From Victivallales bacterium (lineage in GTDB: Bacteria; Verrucomicrobiota; Lentisphaeria; Victivallales; UBA1829): a stretch of 64,000 nucleotides of DNA. Position numbers and translations under genes: made by a program. Of this stretch, positions 46,085 through 55,883 are shown piece by piece (position 1 is the first letter of the stretch; the number at the start of each line of letters is the position of its first letter). Where the stretch lies: NCBI GenBank assembly GCA_045594005.1, contig JAZNXT010000015.1, forward strand, positions 13,418 through 77,417, in the 5' to 3' direction. The notes below the pieces were generated by a model. The model did not search any database and was not told where the DNA came from. It saw only the letters and a list, made by a program, of their open reading frames with translations.

Positions 46085-47053
46085 ATGGCAACAAATGATT
46101 ACTATGCGGCATTGGGTGTCAATAAAACTGCCAGTGCCGATGAAATCAAAAAAGCATACCGGAAACTTGCGGTGAAATATCACCCGGATAAAAATCCCGG
46201 TGATAAAAATGCGGAAGAAAAATTCAAAGAGATCTCCCGCGCTTACGAAGTTTTGAGCGATCCGGAAAAACGCAAACAGTATGACCAGTTCGGTGCCGAT
46301 TTCTTTGAAAAAGGCGGCATGGGCGGCGGCGCGTACAATGGCGGAAATCCTTTCGGCGGTGCCGGCGGTTTCCACGGCGGATTCAGCGATCCCCGGGATC
46401 TGTTCAGCCAGATCTTCGGCAATATGTTCGGAGGCGGCGGCATGGGCGGCATGGGCGGTGGATTCCACCGGAACGCCGCACAGAAGGGAGCCGATCTTCA
46501 GACGGCTATAACCATTGATTTTGAAGATGCGGTCCTCGGTGCAACCAAAAAAATCGCCATCAATGCCCCCGGCGGAAAACGGGAATTGCAAATGAATATC
46601 CCGCCCGGCGTGGACGACGGATCAAAACTGCGTCTTGCCGGAAACGGTGAAGCCGGAATCAACGGCGGACCGAAAGGGGATCTTTATGTGACGGTGAAGA
46701 TTGCGCCTCACGATGTTTTTACCCGGGATGGCACGGATATTATCTGCGAGATCCCCGTTCCGCTGATGACCGCTCTTTCCGGCGGCGTGATCGATGTCCC
46801 CACCATTTCCGGAAAAACCCGGATCAAGGTCGCTCCCGGTACACAGAGCGGCACGATGATGCGGCTCCGCGGCAAAGGTATGCCCGCATTGAAAGGCGGC
46901 GCCAGAGGCGATGAATTGATCCGGATCATGGTGGAAACGCCATCCAATCTGACAAAAGAACAGCTTGCGGCACTGGAATCGCTGAATCTGACGGAACAGA
47001 ACAGCCCGAAGCAACAGGAATTTCTGAAACGGGCAGCCCGGTTCCTGAAATAA
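46085..47053 (+). CDS. J-domain co-chaperone without zinc-finger domain (class B, CbpA-like)
   Basis: J domain [36 protein letters not shown], Gly/Phe/Met-rich linker and C-terminal substrate-binding domains. No CxxCxGxG repeats; a single Cys in the whole protein. Confidence 0.8.
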   Translation: MATNDYYAALGVNKTASADEIKKAYRKLAVKYHPDKNPGDKNAEEKFKEISRAYEVLSDPEKRKQYDQFGADFFEKGGMGGGAYNGGNPFGGAGGFHGGFSDPRDLFSQIFGNMFGGGGMGGMGGGFHRNAAQKGADLQTAITIDFEDAVLGATKKIAINAPGGKRELQMNIPPGVDDGSKLRLAGNGEAGINGGPKGDLYVTVKIAPHDVFTRDGTDIICEIPVPLMTALSGGVIDVPTISGKTRIKVAPGTQSGTMMRLRGKGMPALKGGARGDELIRIMVETPSNLTKEQLAALESLNLTEQNSPKQQEFLKRAARFLK

Positions 47054-47076
47054 CTTTTTTTTGAAAGACCCCTTCT

Positions 47077-47559
47077 ATGGCAAAAAAAGAACAACAGCAG
47101 AATGACGGCGGAAACGGCGTGATCGCGCAAAACCGTAAAGCACGGCATGATTACGAGATCCTGGAATCCATGGAAGCCGGGATCGAACTGCGCGGCACGG
47201 AAGCCAAAAGCTGCCGTCTTCATTCCGTACAGCTGCAGGACGCATTTGCACGGATCGAAAACGGCGAACTTTTTGCGTTCGGTATCCATATTTCCCCCTA
47301 CGCATTCGGGAACCGGTACAATCATGAACCGGCGCGGCGGCGGAAATTGCTGATGCACAAACGGGAGATCCTGCGTCTTTTTTCCCGCGTCCGGGAAAAA
47401 GGCTGTGCCCTGATCCCTTTGAAAATGTATATGAAAAACGGCAGAGTCAAGGTGGAACTGGGTGTGGCACGCGGCAAAACCTATGAAGATAAACGCGAAA
47501 CATTGAAAAAACGGCAGGATGATCTGGAAGCCCGCCGCAATCTGGGAGCAAAACGATGA
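47077..47559 (+). CDS. smpB: SsrA-binding protein
   Basis: 160 aa with IAQNRKARHDYEILESMEAGIELRGTE and a basic C-terminal tail. Confidence 0.9.
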   Translation: MAKKEQQQNDGGNGVIAQNRKARHDYEILESMEAGIELRGTEAKSCRLHSVQLQDAFARIENGELFAFGIHISPYAFGNRYNHEPARRRKLLMHKREILRLFSRVREKGCALIPLKMYMKNGRVKVELGVARGKTYEDKRETLKKRQDDLEARRNLGAKR

Positions 47560-49049
47560 TCTTTGAATCCGCTCTTTTTAAACGGTCCGTACGGGGCAAT
47601 ATCTGGGAAGTGATCGTAATGGCGTTCCCGCTGATCCTGGCATCTGCGGCACATTCCATCAACCTTTTTGTGGACAGACTTATGCTTCAGCATTTTTCTG
47701 AAGATGCCATGAGTGCCGCGTTTCCCGCCGGATTGACCAGTTTCGCACTCTCCTGTTATTTTGTGGGAACTGTGGGGTATGCCAACAGCTTTGTGGCTCA
47801 ATATTTCGGAGCAAAAATGTATCACCGCGTGGGTGCTGCAGTCTGGCAGGCGATCTATATGGCATTATTGGGCGGACTTTTTGCCATCGGGCTGACTTTC
47901 TTTGCCGAGGAGATTTTTGACTTTTTCGGTCACGAAGAACATCTGCGGGAAATGGAAGTGACCTATTTCCGTCTGCTGGGCTGGGGGACCGTGGCATATC
48001 TGCTGGTGATCGCCATGCTCTCCTTCTGGGGAGGTCAGGGAAAAACACACATGGTCATGTTTTTTGACCTGATCATCACTGCAGGAAATATTCCCCTCAA
48101 TGCCATGCTTATCTTCGGTTGGAAAACGCCGTTTTTTGAGATCCCCTCCATGGGTGTGGTCGGTGCCGCGCTGGGGACGGTCGGTGCATCGTTGATCGGG
48201 TTGATCGTGATGGCGTGTCTGTTCTTCCTGCCGAAAAAGAACCGGGCGCGGTACCGTACCGGAAATATGAAACCGGATAAAGAACTTTTCCGGCGTCTTT
48301 TCAAATTCGGCGGACCCAATGGCGTACAGCTGTTTCTTGACCTTGCCGCATTCAATGCGTTTGTGATCCTGCTGGGGAAGATCGGGACGACTGAAATGAA
48401 CTCCTCCGGCGTGGCTTTTTCCCTGAATTCGCTGGCGATGATCCCCATGTTCGGATTGGGTCAGACCGTATCCATTCTGGTGGGGCAGGGCGTAGGCGGC
48501 AACGATATCCCGTATGCAGAACGGGCGGTAAAAAGCGCGCGGTTCTGGCTGTATCTGATGATGGTTGTGATCGGGATCCTTTTTGTGGTGGTACCGAAAC
48601 CGGCATTGACTCTGTTCAATCTGATACCCGGTACGGAAGCATACGATATGGCGAAGATCATGCTATGGTTCATTACCGCGTATCTGCTTTTTGATGCAAC
48701 GAGTATTCTGTACGGCAGTGCTGTAAAAGGTGCGGGTGATACCAAATTTTCCATGTGGATCGGTTCCACTTTTGCGTGGGTGTTCTACGGTCTGCCCTGT
48801 CTGGCGGTCTATTATATCTTTACCAGACCTTCCGTGATCGAAAAGATGGGAAAAGACCGTGCCGACGCTTACAATCTCTGGATCCTCTGGACCATCTGTG
48901 TGGTTTATATTATGATCCTGGGTGTGACATTCTATCTGCGGTATCGCGGGGGGAAGTGGAAAAAGATGAAAGTCATCGAAAGCGAAGCCAACGATCATAC
49001 CCGTGGCGCGATCCCGAAAGAAGTGGGTGTGGACGCTTATCTTCCGTAA
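47556..49049 (+). CDS. MATE family efflux transporter
   Basis: 497-aa polytopic membrane protein (12 predicted hydrophobic segments by eye) with MATE-like N terminus IWEVIVMAFPLILASAAHSINLFVDRLML. ATG overlaps the smpB stop (ATGA). Confidence 0.75.
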   Translation: MIFESALFKRSVRGNIWEVIVMAFPLILASAAHSINLFVDRLMLQHFSEDAMSAAFPAGLTSFALSCYFVGTVGYANSFVAQYFGAKMYHRVGAAVWQAIYMALLGGLFAIGLTFFAEEIFDFFGHEEHLREMEVTYFRLLGWGTVAYLLVIAMLSFWGGQGKTHMVMFFDLIITAGNIPLNAMLIFGWKTPFFEIPSMGVVGAALGTVGASLIGLIVMACLFFLPKKNRARYRTGNMKPDKELFRRLFKFGGPNGVQLFLDLAAFNAFVILLGKIGTTEMNSSGVAFSLNSLAMIPMFGLGQTVSILVGQGVGGNDIPYAERAVKSARFWLYLMMVVIGILFVVVPKPALTLFNLIPGTEAYDMAKIMLWFITAYLLFDATSILYGSAVKGAGDTKFSMWIGSTFAWVFYGLPCLAVYYIFTRPSVIEKMGKDRADAYNLWILWTICVVYIMILGVTFYLRYRGGKWKKMKVIESEANDHTRGAIPKEVGVDAYLP

Positions 49050-49097
49050 AAGGAATGTAAAATTTCCTGAAAAATCAACTTTTTTTATTTTTTTCAC

Positions 49098-49126
49098 TTG
49101 ACATTGTTTCAGAGCGGTGGTATTGT
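49098..49126 (+). promoter_or_regulatory. sigma70-type promoter of the ilv leader/operon
   Basis: TTGACA (49098-49103), 17-nt spacer, TATTGT (49121-49126), preceded by T-rich tracts. Motif match only. Confidence 0.5.
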
Positions 49127-49161
49127 AAAAAAGAATTTTGAGAATTGGAACAAGGAAAACA

Positions 49162-49251
49162 ATGAAACAGTTTTTCAACAACATTAACAGCATTATTACG
49201 ATTATCGCCATCATTATTATTGGTTGCGGTACTGCCGGTTGCTGTTGTTGA
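49162..49251 (+). CDS. Candidate ilv leader peptide 1 (Ile-rich, 29 aa)
   Basis: SD AAGGA a few nt upstream. Translates to MKQFFNNINSIITIIAIIIIGCGTAGCCC with 8 Ile in 10 consecutive codons (49192-49221). Followed by a terminator. Confidence 0.6.
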   Translation: MKQFFNNINSIITIIAIIIIGCGTAGCCC

Positions 49252-49278
49252 GTATGACTTGAAGAAAAGAAGATTCAG

Positions 49279-49319
49279 ACCTCTCTGCGGTGATCAGCCA
49301 CAGAGAGGTTTTTTCTTTT
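49279..49319 (+). terminator. Intrinsic terminator (attenuator 1)
   Basis: ACCTCTCTG (49279-49287) pairs with CAGAGAGGT (49301-49309), plus inner GG/CC pairs, followed by TTTTTTCTTTT. Confidence 0.75.
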
Positions 49320-49331
49320 ACGGGATTTGAA

Positions 49332-49487
49332 ATGAAAATGAATATGATGAAGTCTGAAAACAGTTTTGCTTATGCTCCGGTGCATTGTGATGCAGCCGGA
49401 TCTTCCATCATGTTCATTGCCGCCATTATTATGATCGCCATTATTATTATCAGCATCATTATTATTACGCCCCCCGGCACGGCATAA
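49332..49487 (+). CDS. Candidate ilv leader peptide 2 (Ile-rich, 51 aa; start uncertain)
   Basis: MKMNMMKSENSFAYAPVHCDAAGSSIMFIAAIIMIAIIIISIIIITPPGTA with 13 Ile in 20 consecutive codons (49407-49466). Weak SD; alternative in-frame starts exist (GTG 49290, ATG 49410). Confidence 0.55.
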   Translation: MKMNMMKSENSFAYAPVHCDAAGSSIMFIAAIIMIAIIIISIIIITPPGTA

Positions 49488-49517
49488 CATTCGATCCATC
49501 AGAACACATTGAAACAC

Positions 49518-49559
49518 AGCCCTGCCGGAGAAAAGATTTCCGGCAGGGCTTTTTTTATT
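49518..49559 (+). terminator. Intrinsic terminator (attenuator 2) immediately upstream of ilvB
   Basis: AGCCCTGCCGGA (49518-49529) pairs with TCCGGCAGGGCT (49539-49550), 12 bp with a 9-nt loop, followed by T7. Confidence 0.85.
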
Positions 49560-49586
49560 CAACCCAAAATGAAAGCATACAGAAAA

Positions 49587-51242
49587 ATGAAAAGATCAGG
49601 AGCAGCCATTGTAATTGAGGCATTATGCCGCAACAGCGTAGAAACGGTATTCGGTTATCCGGGTGGTGCAGTCCTGCCCATTTATGATGAACTGTATAAA
49701 AACGCCCACCGTATCAACCATGTGCTGTGCGCTCACGAACAGAATGCAGCCCATGCCGCAGACGGCTTTGCCCGTGTCACCGGAAAACCGGGTGTGGTCA
49801 TCGCCACCAGCGGTCCGGGCGCGACAAATCTTGTGACGGGGATCGCCAATGCTTATCTTGACAGTGTTCCGCTGGTTGCCATCACCGGCAATGTGGCAGT
49901 GCCGCTGTTGGGCAGAGACAGCTTTCAGGAAGTGGATATCACCGGGATCACCCGGGAGATCGTCAAGCATAATTTTTCCGTCAGCGATGTCCGGGAATTA
50001 TCCGGAACATTGGATGCGGCTTTTGAGATCGCCTCATCCGGTCGTCCCGGACCCGTGCTGGTGGATATCCCCAAAAGCGTTCAGACGGATCTGTGCGATG
50101 AATCGGAATTTGTGCGTCAGGAATTGTTTTTCAATGAATTACCGGAAGTCGATCTGACTGCTGCTGTGGCGGCAGTGACGGATTCCAAACGCCCGTTGAT
50201 CTATGCGGGAGGCGGCGTCGTTGCCGCCGGTGCGAGCCGGGAATTGCAGGCTCTGTCAGAAAAGATCTCTGCGCCGGTTGCCTTCAGCATGATGGGCTTG
50301 ACGGCATTGCCTGCGGATCATCCGGTAAATCTGGGGATGTGCGGTATGCACGGTTCGCAGAGTTCCGCAAAATTGCAGAGTGAATGTGATCTGATCATTG
50401 CACTGGGTGTCCGTTTTTCAGACCGTGCCACCGGAAATACTGCGAAATATAAAGAAGGCAGAAAAATAATCCATGTGGATATCGACTGTGCGGAGATCAG
50501 CAAAAATACAGCCACGGATATTGAATTGTGCGGAGATGTGAAAGATGTCCTGCAGAAACTTCTGGCAGTTTTGCCGCAGCAGGATCGTCCGGAATGGAAA
50601 AACAGAGTGGCAGAAGCCAAAAAACTGGATGTGCTGCCGGAAGAAAAAACGCTGACTCCACGGACTCTCCTGAAAACGGTTGCCAATTTTTGTAACGACG
50701 ATACCGTTGTCGCCACCGATGTGGGACAGCATCAGATGTGGACCATGCAATATTTCCCGTTCAAATCGCCCCGGACGCTGCTGACTTCCGGCGGACTCGG
50801 CACGATGGGATTCGGGCTGGGTGCTGCGATCGGCGGCTGCATTGCAAACGACCGGAAACGGACTGTGCTTTTTACCGGAGACGGTTCTTTCGGGATGAGC
50901 CTTCAGGAATTGGTGACGGCAGTTTCCCAAAATCTGCCTCTTCTGATCGTGATCTTCAATAATGGTGTTCTGGGAATGGTGCGGCAGTGGCAGACCATGT
51001 TTTATGAAAAGCATTATTCTTCCACGACATTGAACCGGGAAACTGATTTTCCCGCATTGGCAAAGGCATTCGGTGCGGAAGGGAAAAAGATCACTTCCGT
51101 ATCTGAATTGGAACATGCACTGAAAGATCTTGCGTCAGATGTGCCGACTGTGCTGGATTGTCAGCTGAATATGGATGAATTTGTATTGCCCATGATCCCC
51201 CCCGGTGGAAGTGTGCAGGATTTAATAACCAGGAGAAACTGA
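49587..51242 (+). CDS. ilvB: Acetolactate synthase large subunit (biosynthetic)
   Basis: SGAAIVIEALCRNSVETVFGYPGGAVLPIYDEL and the ThDP motif GDGSFGMSLQEL...NNGVLGMV. Start at ATG 49587 (alternative 49569). The track start 49509 lies inside the terminator and is rejected. Confidence 0.9.
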   Translation: MKRSGAAIVIEALCRNSVETVFGYPGGAVLPIYDELYKNAHRINHVLCAHEQNAAHAADGFARVTGKPGVVIATSGPGATNLVTGIANAYLDSVPLVAITGNVAVPLLGRDSFQEVDITGITREIVKHNFSVSDVRELSGTLDAAFEIASSGRPGPVLVDIPKSVQTDLCDESEFVRQELFFNELPEVDLTAAVAAVTDSKRPLIYAGGGVVAAGASRELQALSEKISAPVAFSMMGLTALPADHPVNLGMCGMHGSQSSAKLQSECDLIIALGVRFSDRATGNTAKYKEGRKIIHVDIDCAEISKNTATDIELCGDVKDVLQKLLAVLPQQDRPEWKNRVAEAKKLDVLPEEKTLTPRTLLKTVANFCNDDTVVATDVGQHQMWTMQYFPFKSPRTLLTSGGLGTMGFGLGAAIGGCIANDRKRTVLFTGDGSFGMSLQELVTAVSQNLPLLIVIFNNGVLGMVRQWQTMFYEKHYSSTTLNRETDFPALAKAFGAEGKKITSVSELEHALKDLASDVPTVLDCQLNMDEFVLPMIPPGGSVQDLITRRN

Positions 51243-51244
51243 AA

Positions 51245-51493
51245 ATGGAACATTTTATCGTGGAACTTACTGTGGCAAATCATTGCGGTGTACTCAACCG
51301 TATCACCGGACTTTATGCAAAGCGCAAATACAATATTGATTCGCTGACCGTGCATGAAAGCAATGATCCTGCCCTTTCGATCATGCGGATCGTATCCCGC
51401 GGCGATGCTGCGGTCCAGGTGCAGATGACAAGGCAGCTGCGCAAACTTTTTGATGTGAAAACCGTTGTTCTCCTGAACAATTCAATGCTCTGA
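51245..51493 (+). CDS. ilvN: Acetolactate synthase small subunit, short ACT-domain-only form
   Basis: 82 aa with [29 protein letters not shown] (ACT domain); starts 2 nt after the ilvB stop. Confidence 0.75.
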   Translation: MEHFIVELTVANHCGVLNRITGLYAKRKYNIDSLTVHESNDPALSIMRIVSRGDAAVQVQMTRQLRKLFDVKTVVLLNNSML

Positions 51494-51527
51494 TATAACA
51501 AAAACTCCAAGGAAAGGAAAGAAAAAA

Positions 51528-52517
51528 ATGAGCAAAATGTATTATAACGAAAACTGCAACCTTGAACTCCTCAAAAATCTGACTGTCGCCGTGATCGGTT
51601 ACGGAAGCCAGGGGCATGCCCATGCACAGAATCTGCGTGACAGCGGCGTGAATGTGGTGGTGGGGCTTTATGAAAACTCCAAGAGTGCCGCTGTTGCAAA
51701 AGCAGACGGTTTTGAAGTCCTCAATACGCCCGATGCCGTCAGAAAAGCCGATTGGGTGATGATGCTGGTGAACGATGAAAAAATGCGTTCCATCTACGAA
51801 AACGGTGTGAAAGATAATCTTCGTCCGGGTATGACTTTGAGTTTTGCTCACGGCTTCAATGTTCATTTCAAAGAGATCGTTCCGCCGGATTTCGTCAATG
51901 TGGTTATGATCGCACCCAAAGGTCCCGGTCATACGGTGCGCAGTCAGTTCGTTGAGGGCAGAGGTGTTCCCTGTCTGGTGGCAGTTCAGCAGGATGCTTC
52001 CGGAAATGCCATGGATCTGGCTCTTGCTTATGCGTGCGGACTCGGTGCAGGCCGTGCGGGGATCCTGGAAACGACTTTCAGAGAAGAAACGGAAACGGAC
52101 CTTTTCGGCGAACAGGCAGTTTTGTGCGGCGGAGTTACCGCATTGATGCAGGCAGGCTTTGAAACGCTTGTGGAAGCCGGATACAAGCCGGAAAGTGCCT
52201 ATTTTGAGTGTATCCACGAAATGAAACTCATCATCGATCTGGTGGTCAAAGGCGGATTTTCCTTTATGCGTTACAGCATCAGCGATACTGCTGAATATGG
52301 TGATTACAATACCGGACACCGTCTGATCACCGATGCCACCAAAGCCGAGATGAAAAAAGTGCTTGCCGAGATCCAGGATGGCACATTTGCCCGTAAATGG
52401 CTGAAAGAAAATGCCGATGGCAGACCGCTTTTCAGCAAACAGCGTGAAGCAGCCAAAACGCATCAGTTGGAAACAGTCGGAGCTGAACTCCGCGCTAAAA
52501 TGAATTGGAACAAATGA
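51528..52517 (+). CDS. ilvC: Ketol-acid reductoisomerase (class I)
   Basis: 329 aa with [29 protein letters not shown] and [11 protein letters not shown]. Confidence 0.95.
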   Translation: MSKMYYNENCNLELLKNLTVAVIGYGSQGHAHAQNLRDSGVNVVVGLYENSKSAAVAKADGFEVLNTPDAVRKADWVMMLVNDEKMRSIYENGVKDNLRPGMTLSFAHGFNVHFKEIVPPDFVNVVMIAPKGPGHTVRSQFVEGRGVPCLVAVQQDASGNAMDLALAYACGLGAGRAGILETTFREETETDLFGEQAVLCGGVTALMQAGFETLVEAGYKPESAYFECIHEMKLIIDLVVKGGFSFMRYSISDTAEYGDYNTGHRLITDATKAEMKKVLAEIQDGTFARKWLKENADGRPLFSKQREAAKTHQLETVGAELRAKMNWNK

Positions 52518-54145
52518 TGAACAGCGATAAACTGACAACAGGAGTATCTGCCGCTCCCCAGCGTGCTTTGCTTGGTGCGCTGGGGTACACCCCGGAACAG
52601 ATGAAACGCCCTCTGGTCGGAGTGGTCAACAGCTTCAACGAAGTCGTTCCCGGGCATACCCATTTGCAGCTGATCGCCCGGGCTGTGAAGGATGGGGTCC
52701 TTGCTGCCGGCGGAACCCCTATGGAATTCAATACCATTGCCGTGTGTGACGGATTGGCGATGGGGCATGACGGGATGCACTATTCCCTTGTGTCCCGGGA
52801 ATTGATCGCCGACAGCATCGAATGTATGGTCAAAGCTCACTGTTTTGATGCTCTGGTTTTTATCCCGAACTGTGATAAAGTCGTGCCCGGTATGCTGATG
52901 GCGGCAGCGCGGTGCAATCTGCCATCCATCTTCGTTTCCGGCGGTCCGATGCTGTCACTTGACGGCAGGGATCTGAATACCGTTTTTGAAGCAGTGGGTG
53001 CAGTCAATGCCGGAAAAATGAGCGAAGCGGAACTCGCGGAAGTGGAGTGTTCCAGTTGTCCCGGCTGCGGTTCCTGTTCGGGAATGTTTACTGCCAATTC
53101 CATGAATTGTCTTTGCGAAGCGATCGGGATGGCACTCCCCGGAAACGGTACGATCCCGGCGGTTTATTCACAGCGCATCCATCTTGCCAAACACGCGGGA
53201 ATGCAAGTTCTGGAGCTGCTTAAACGCGACCTCCGCGCCCGTGATATCATGACGGCAAAAGCGTTTCATAATGCGTTGACAGTGGATATGGCTCTTGGTT
53301 GTTCCACCAATACTGCATTGCATCTGCCTGCCATTGCCGCCGAAGCCGGAGTGGAGTTCGATCTCCATACCGTAAATGAAATCAGCGCACGCACACCCAA
53401 TTTGTGCCGTCTTGCTCCGGCAGGGAAACACCACATGCAGGATCTTCACCGTGCCGGAGGTGTTCCGGCTGTGATGAAAGAAGTTTCTCATCTGCTGAAT
53501 CCGGATTGCCTGACCGTTTCCGGTGTAACGCTCGGCGAACTCATTGCCCATGCGGAAGTCAGAGACCGTACAGTTATTCAACATTATACCGATGAGGGCG
53601 GACTTGCGGTATTGTACGGCAATCTTGCGCCGGATGGCGGGATCGTCAAACGGTGTGCCGTTCGCAAAGAAATGCTCCGTTTCACCGGCAGAGCAAGAGT
53701 TTTCGAGTGTGAAGAAGATGCTGTCAAAGCCATCCTTTCCGGAAAAATCGTCAAAGGAGATTGCGTGGTGATCCGCAATGAAGGTCCTGCCGGTGGTCCC
53801 GGTATGCGGGAGATGCTTTCTCCCACCAGTGCCATTGCCGGAATGGGACTGGATGCAGATGTGGCACTCATCACAGACGGCAGATTTTCCGGTGCGACCA
53901 GAGGTGCCGCGATCGGACATATTTCTCCTGAAGCGGTTTCCGGCGGTACGATCGCACTGGTGGAAGAAGGCGATTTAATAAAAATCGATATTCCGGATTA
54001 TTCACTGGAATTGCTGGTGGATGATAAAACTCTTGAGGCAAGACGGGCAGAAAAAGTATTCTCCCCTCAACGGCAGTTGACCGGATATCTCAAACGCTAT
54101 GCGGCACTGGTTTCCTCTGCGGACAAAGGAGCAAAGTTATGCTGA
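52514..54145 (+). CDS. ilvD: Dihydroxy-acid dehydratase
   Basis: [59 protein letters not shown]. First ATG (52514) overlaps the ilvC stop (ATGA). Confidence 0.95.
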   Translation: MMNSDKLTTGVSAAPQRALLGALGYTPEQMKRPLVGVVNSFNEVVPGHTHLQLIARAVKDGVLAAGGTPMEFNTIAVCDGLAMGHDGMHYSLVSRELIADSIECMVKAHCFDALVFIPNCDKVVPGMLMAAARCNLPSIFVSGGPMLSLDGRDLNTVFEAVGAVNAGKMSEAELAEVECSSCPGCGSCSGMFTANSMNCLCEAIGMALPGNGTIPAVYSQRIHLAKHAGMQVLELLKRDLRARDIMTAKAFHNALTVDMALGCSTNTALHLPAIAAEAGVEFDLHTVNEISARTPNLCRLAPAGKHHMQDLHRAGGVPAVMKEVSHLLNPDCLTVSGVTLGELIAHAEVRDRTVIQHYTDEGGLAVLYGNLAPDGGIVKRCAVRKEMLRFTGRARVFECEEDAVKAILSGKIVKGDCVVIRNEGPAGGPGMREMLSPTSAIAGMGLDADVALITDGRFSGATRGAAIGHISPEAVSGGTIALVEEGDLIKIDIPDYSLELLVDDKTLEARRAEKVFSPQRQLTGYLKRYAALVSSADKGAKLC

Positions 54146-55317
54146 CACTGGATAAAGTTTACAAGGCAAGTCATCTGCTGAAAAGTGTGGCTCGCTATAC
54201 CGATATGATCGAAAGCAACGGCTTGACCGATGATTGTCAGCTGCGTTTGAAAGCGGAAAATTTACAGTTGACCGGATCCTTCAAACTGCGTGGTGCATTT
54301 TTCAAGATCGCCAATCTGCCGCAGGATGGCAGAGAGATCGTTGCCTGTTCTGCGGGCAATCACTCGCAAGGTGTTTCCCTCGCGGCGGGAAAATTGCATC
54401 GTAAAGCGGTCGTTTTCATGCCAAGTATCGCTCCCATATCCAAGGTGGAAGCAACCAAGAAACTGGGTGCTGAAGTCCATCTGGTGGATGGCGTTTACGA
54501 TGACGCTTATCTGGCGGCAGAAAAATATTGCAAAGAGCATGACAGCATTTTTGTTCATCCCTTTGATGATGAAGATGTGATTGCCGGTCAGGGATCCATC
54601 GCGCTGGAAATTCTGGAACAATATCCCGAAGTCGATACGGTCCTCGTTCCTGTGGGCGGCGGCGGACTGGTTTCCGGGGTGGCATTCACTCTGAAACAAC
54701 TGAATCCGGCGTGTAAAGTTTACGGCGTTCAGGCAGAAGGCGCACCGGGGATGTGCAAAGCGTTCACTGAAAAACACGGTGTTACGCTGGAAAAAGTTTC
54801 CACTTTTGCCGATGGGATCGCCGTAAAAACACCCGGCACACTCACACGGGATTTGTGCTGTAAATATGTTGACGGCATCGTTACTGTGAGCGATGACGAG
54901 ATCGCCACTGCCATTTTGACTTTGATGGAAAAACAGAAACTGGTTGCCGAAGGAGCCGGAGCGGCAGGCGTTGCCGCCGTGCTGGCAAAGAAACTTGATC
55001 TCGCCGGAAAAAATGTCTGTGCCGTGATCTCCGGCGGAAATATCGATGTCAATATCCTCTCCCGGGTCATCAACCGCGGCTTGCTCTCAAGCGGCAGAGT
55101 GGCGGAGTTGAAAATCGCCATGCTGGATAAGCCCGGTCAGTTGCGGGAGGTGTCAACGATCATTGCCGACTGCGGAGCCAATGTCATTCAGGTACGGCAC
55201 GATCCCGGCGGAGAACACGCAGACATCATCGGTTGTTATCTCCATATCAAAATGGAAACAAGAAACTTTGAACAGTTGAAACAGATCCGTCAGGCTCTTG
55301 CAGCTGCGGGTTATTAG
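54139..55317 (+). CDS. ilvA: Threonine ammonia-lyase (threonine dehydratase) with single C-terminal ACT-like domain
   Basis: PLP lysine motif [27 protein letters not shown]; C-terminal regulatory domain of about 80 aa; overlaps the ilvD end by 7 nt. Confidence 0.85.
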   Translation: MLTLDKVYKASHLLKSVARYTDMIESNGLTDDCQLRLKAENLQLTGSFKLRGAFFKIANLPQDGREIVACSAGNHSQGVSLAAGKLHRKAVVFMPSIAPISKVEATKKLGAEVHLVDGVYDDAYLAAEKYCKEHDSIFVHPFDDEDVIAGQGSIALEILEQYPEVDTVLVPVGGGGLVSGVAFTLKQLNPACKVYGVQAEGAPGMCKAFTEKHGVTLEKVSTFADGIAVKTPGTLTRDLCCKYVDGIVTVSDDEIATAILTLMEKQKLVAEGAGAAGVAAVLAKKLDLAGKNVCAVISGGNIDVNILSRVINRGLLSSGRVAELKIAMLDKPGQLREVSTIIADCGANVIQVRHDPGGEHADIIGCYLHIKMETRNFEQLKQIRQALAAAGY

Positions 55318-55341
55318 ATTTTGAATTGAAAGGAATTGAAT

Positions 55342-55728
55342 ATGAATACCATCGTATCGACATCCAATGCTCCGGCAGCCGTCGGACCGTACTCACAGGC
55401 AGTCAGATCCGGCGATCTGCTCTTTTGTTCCGGACAGATCGCTCTTGATCCGGCAAGTGGCAATTTGACCGGAAACGATATAAAAAGTCAGACGGAACAG
55501 GTAATGAAAAATATTTCAGCGGTGCTTGCCGCCTCCGGAGCGACTTTTGCGGATGTGGTAAAGACGACCTGTTTTCTTGCAGATATCAACGATTTTGCAG
55601 AATTCAATGCCGTTTACGCTCAATATTTCACCGGGAAACCGGCAAGAAGCTGCGTCGCCGCAGCCGCCTTGCCTAAAGGAGCATTGGTCGAAGTGGAAGT
55701 TATTGCAGTTGTCGGAGCAGAAAAATGA
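55342..55728 (+). CDS. ridA: RidA/YjgF family reactive-enamine deaminase
   Basis: 128 aa with APAAVGPYSQAV, LFCSGQIALDP, ARSCVAAAALPKGALVEVEVIA. ATG 55342 follows AAAGGAA. Confidence 0.85.
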   Translation: MNTIVSTSNAPAAVGPYSQAVRSGDLLFCSGQIALDPASGNLTGNDIKSQTEQVMKNISAVLAASGATFADVVKTTCFLADINDFAEFNAVYAQYFTGKPARSCVAAAALPKGALVEVEVIAVVGAEK

Positions 55729-55776
55729 TCTTGATTCTCCGGGATCAGGAGCGGACCACATGGTGAAGATGCACAG

Positions 55777-55798
55777 ACGGGAAAAATCCGTTTTTTTT
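55777..55798 (+). terminator. Weak terminator-like hairpin after ridA
   Basis: ACGGG (55777-55781) pairs with TCCGT (55787-55791), followed by T8. Short stem. Confidence 0.35.
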
Positions 55799-55883
55799 CA
55801 TCATCCAACTTTTAAAATGAAAAAAATGTGATATAGTTCCATCGTGAGAAAAAATCTGTAAGAATATGCGCGATGGAGAAAAT

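Noticed and set aside
49275-49562. 95-aa minus-strand ORF rich in N/D (…NNNDADNNNGDHNNGGNEHD…)
   Set aside because: It is the antisense reading of the ATT/ATC Ile-codon run of leader peptide 2 and of both attenuator hairpins, so it is an artefact of that repeat.
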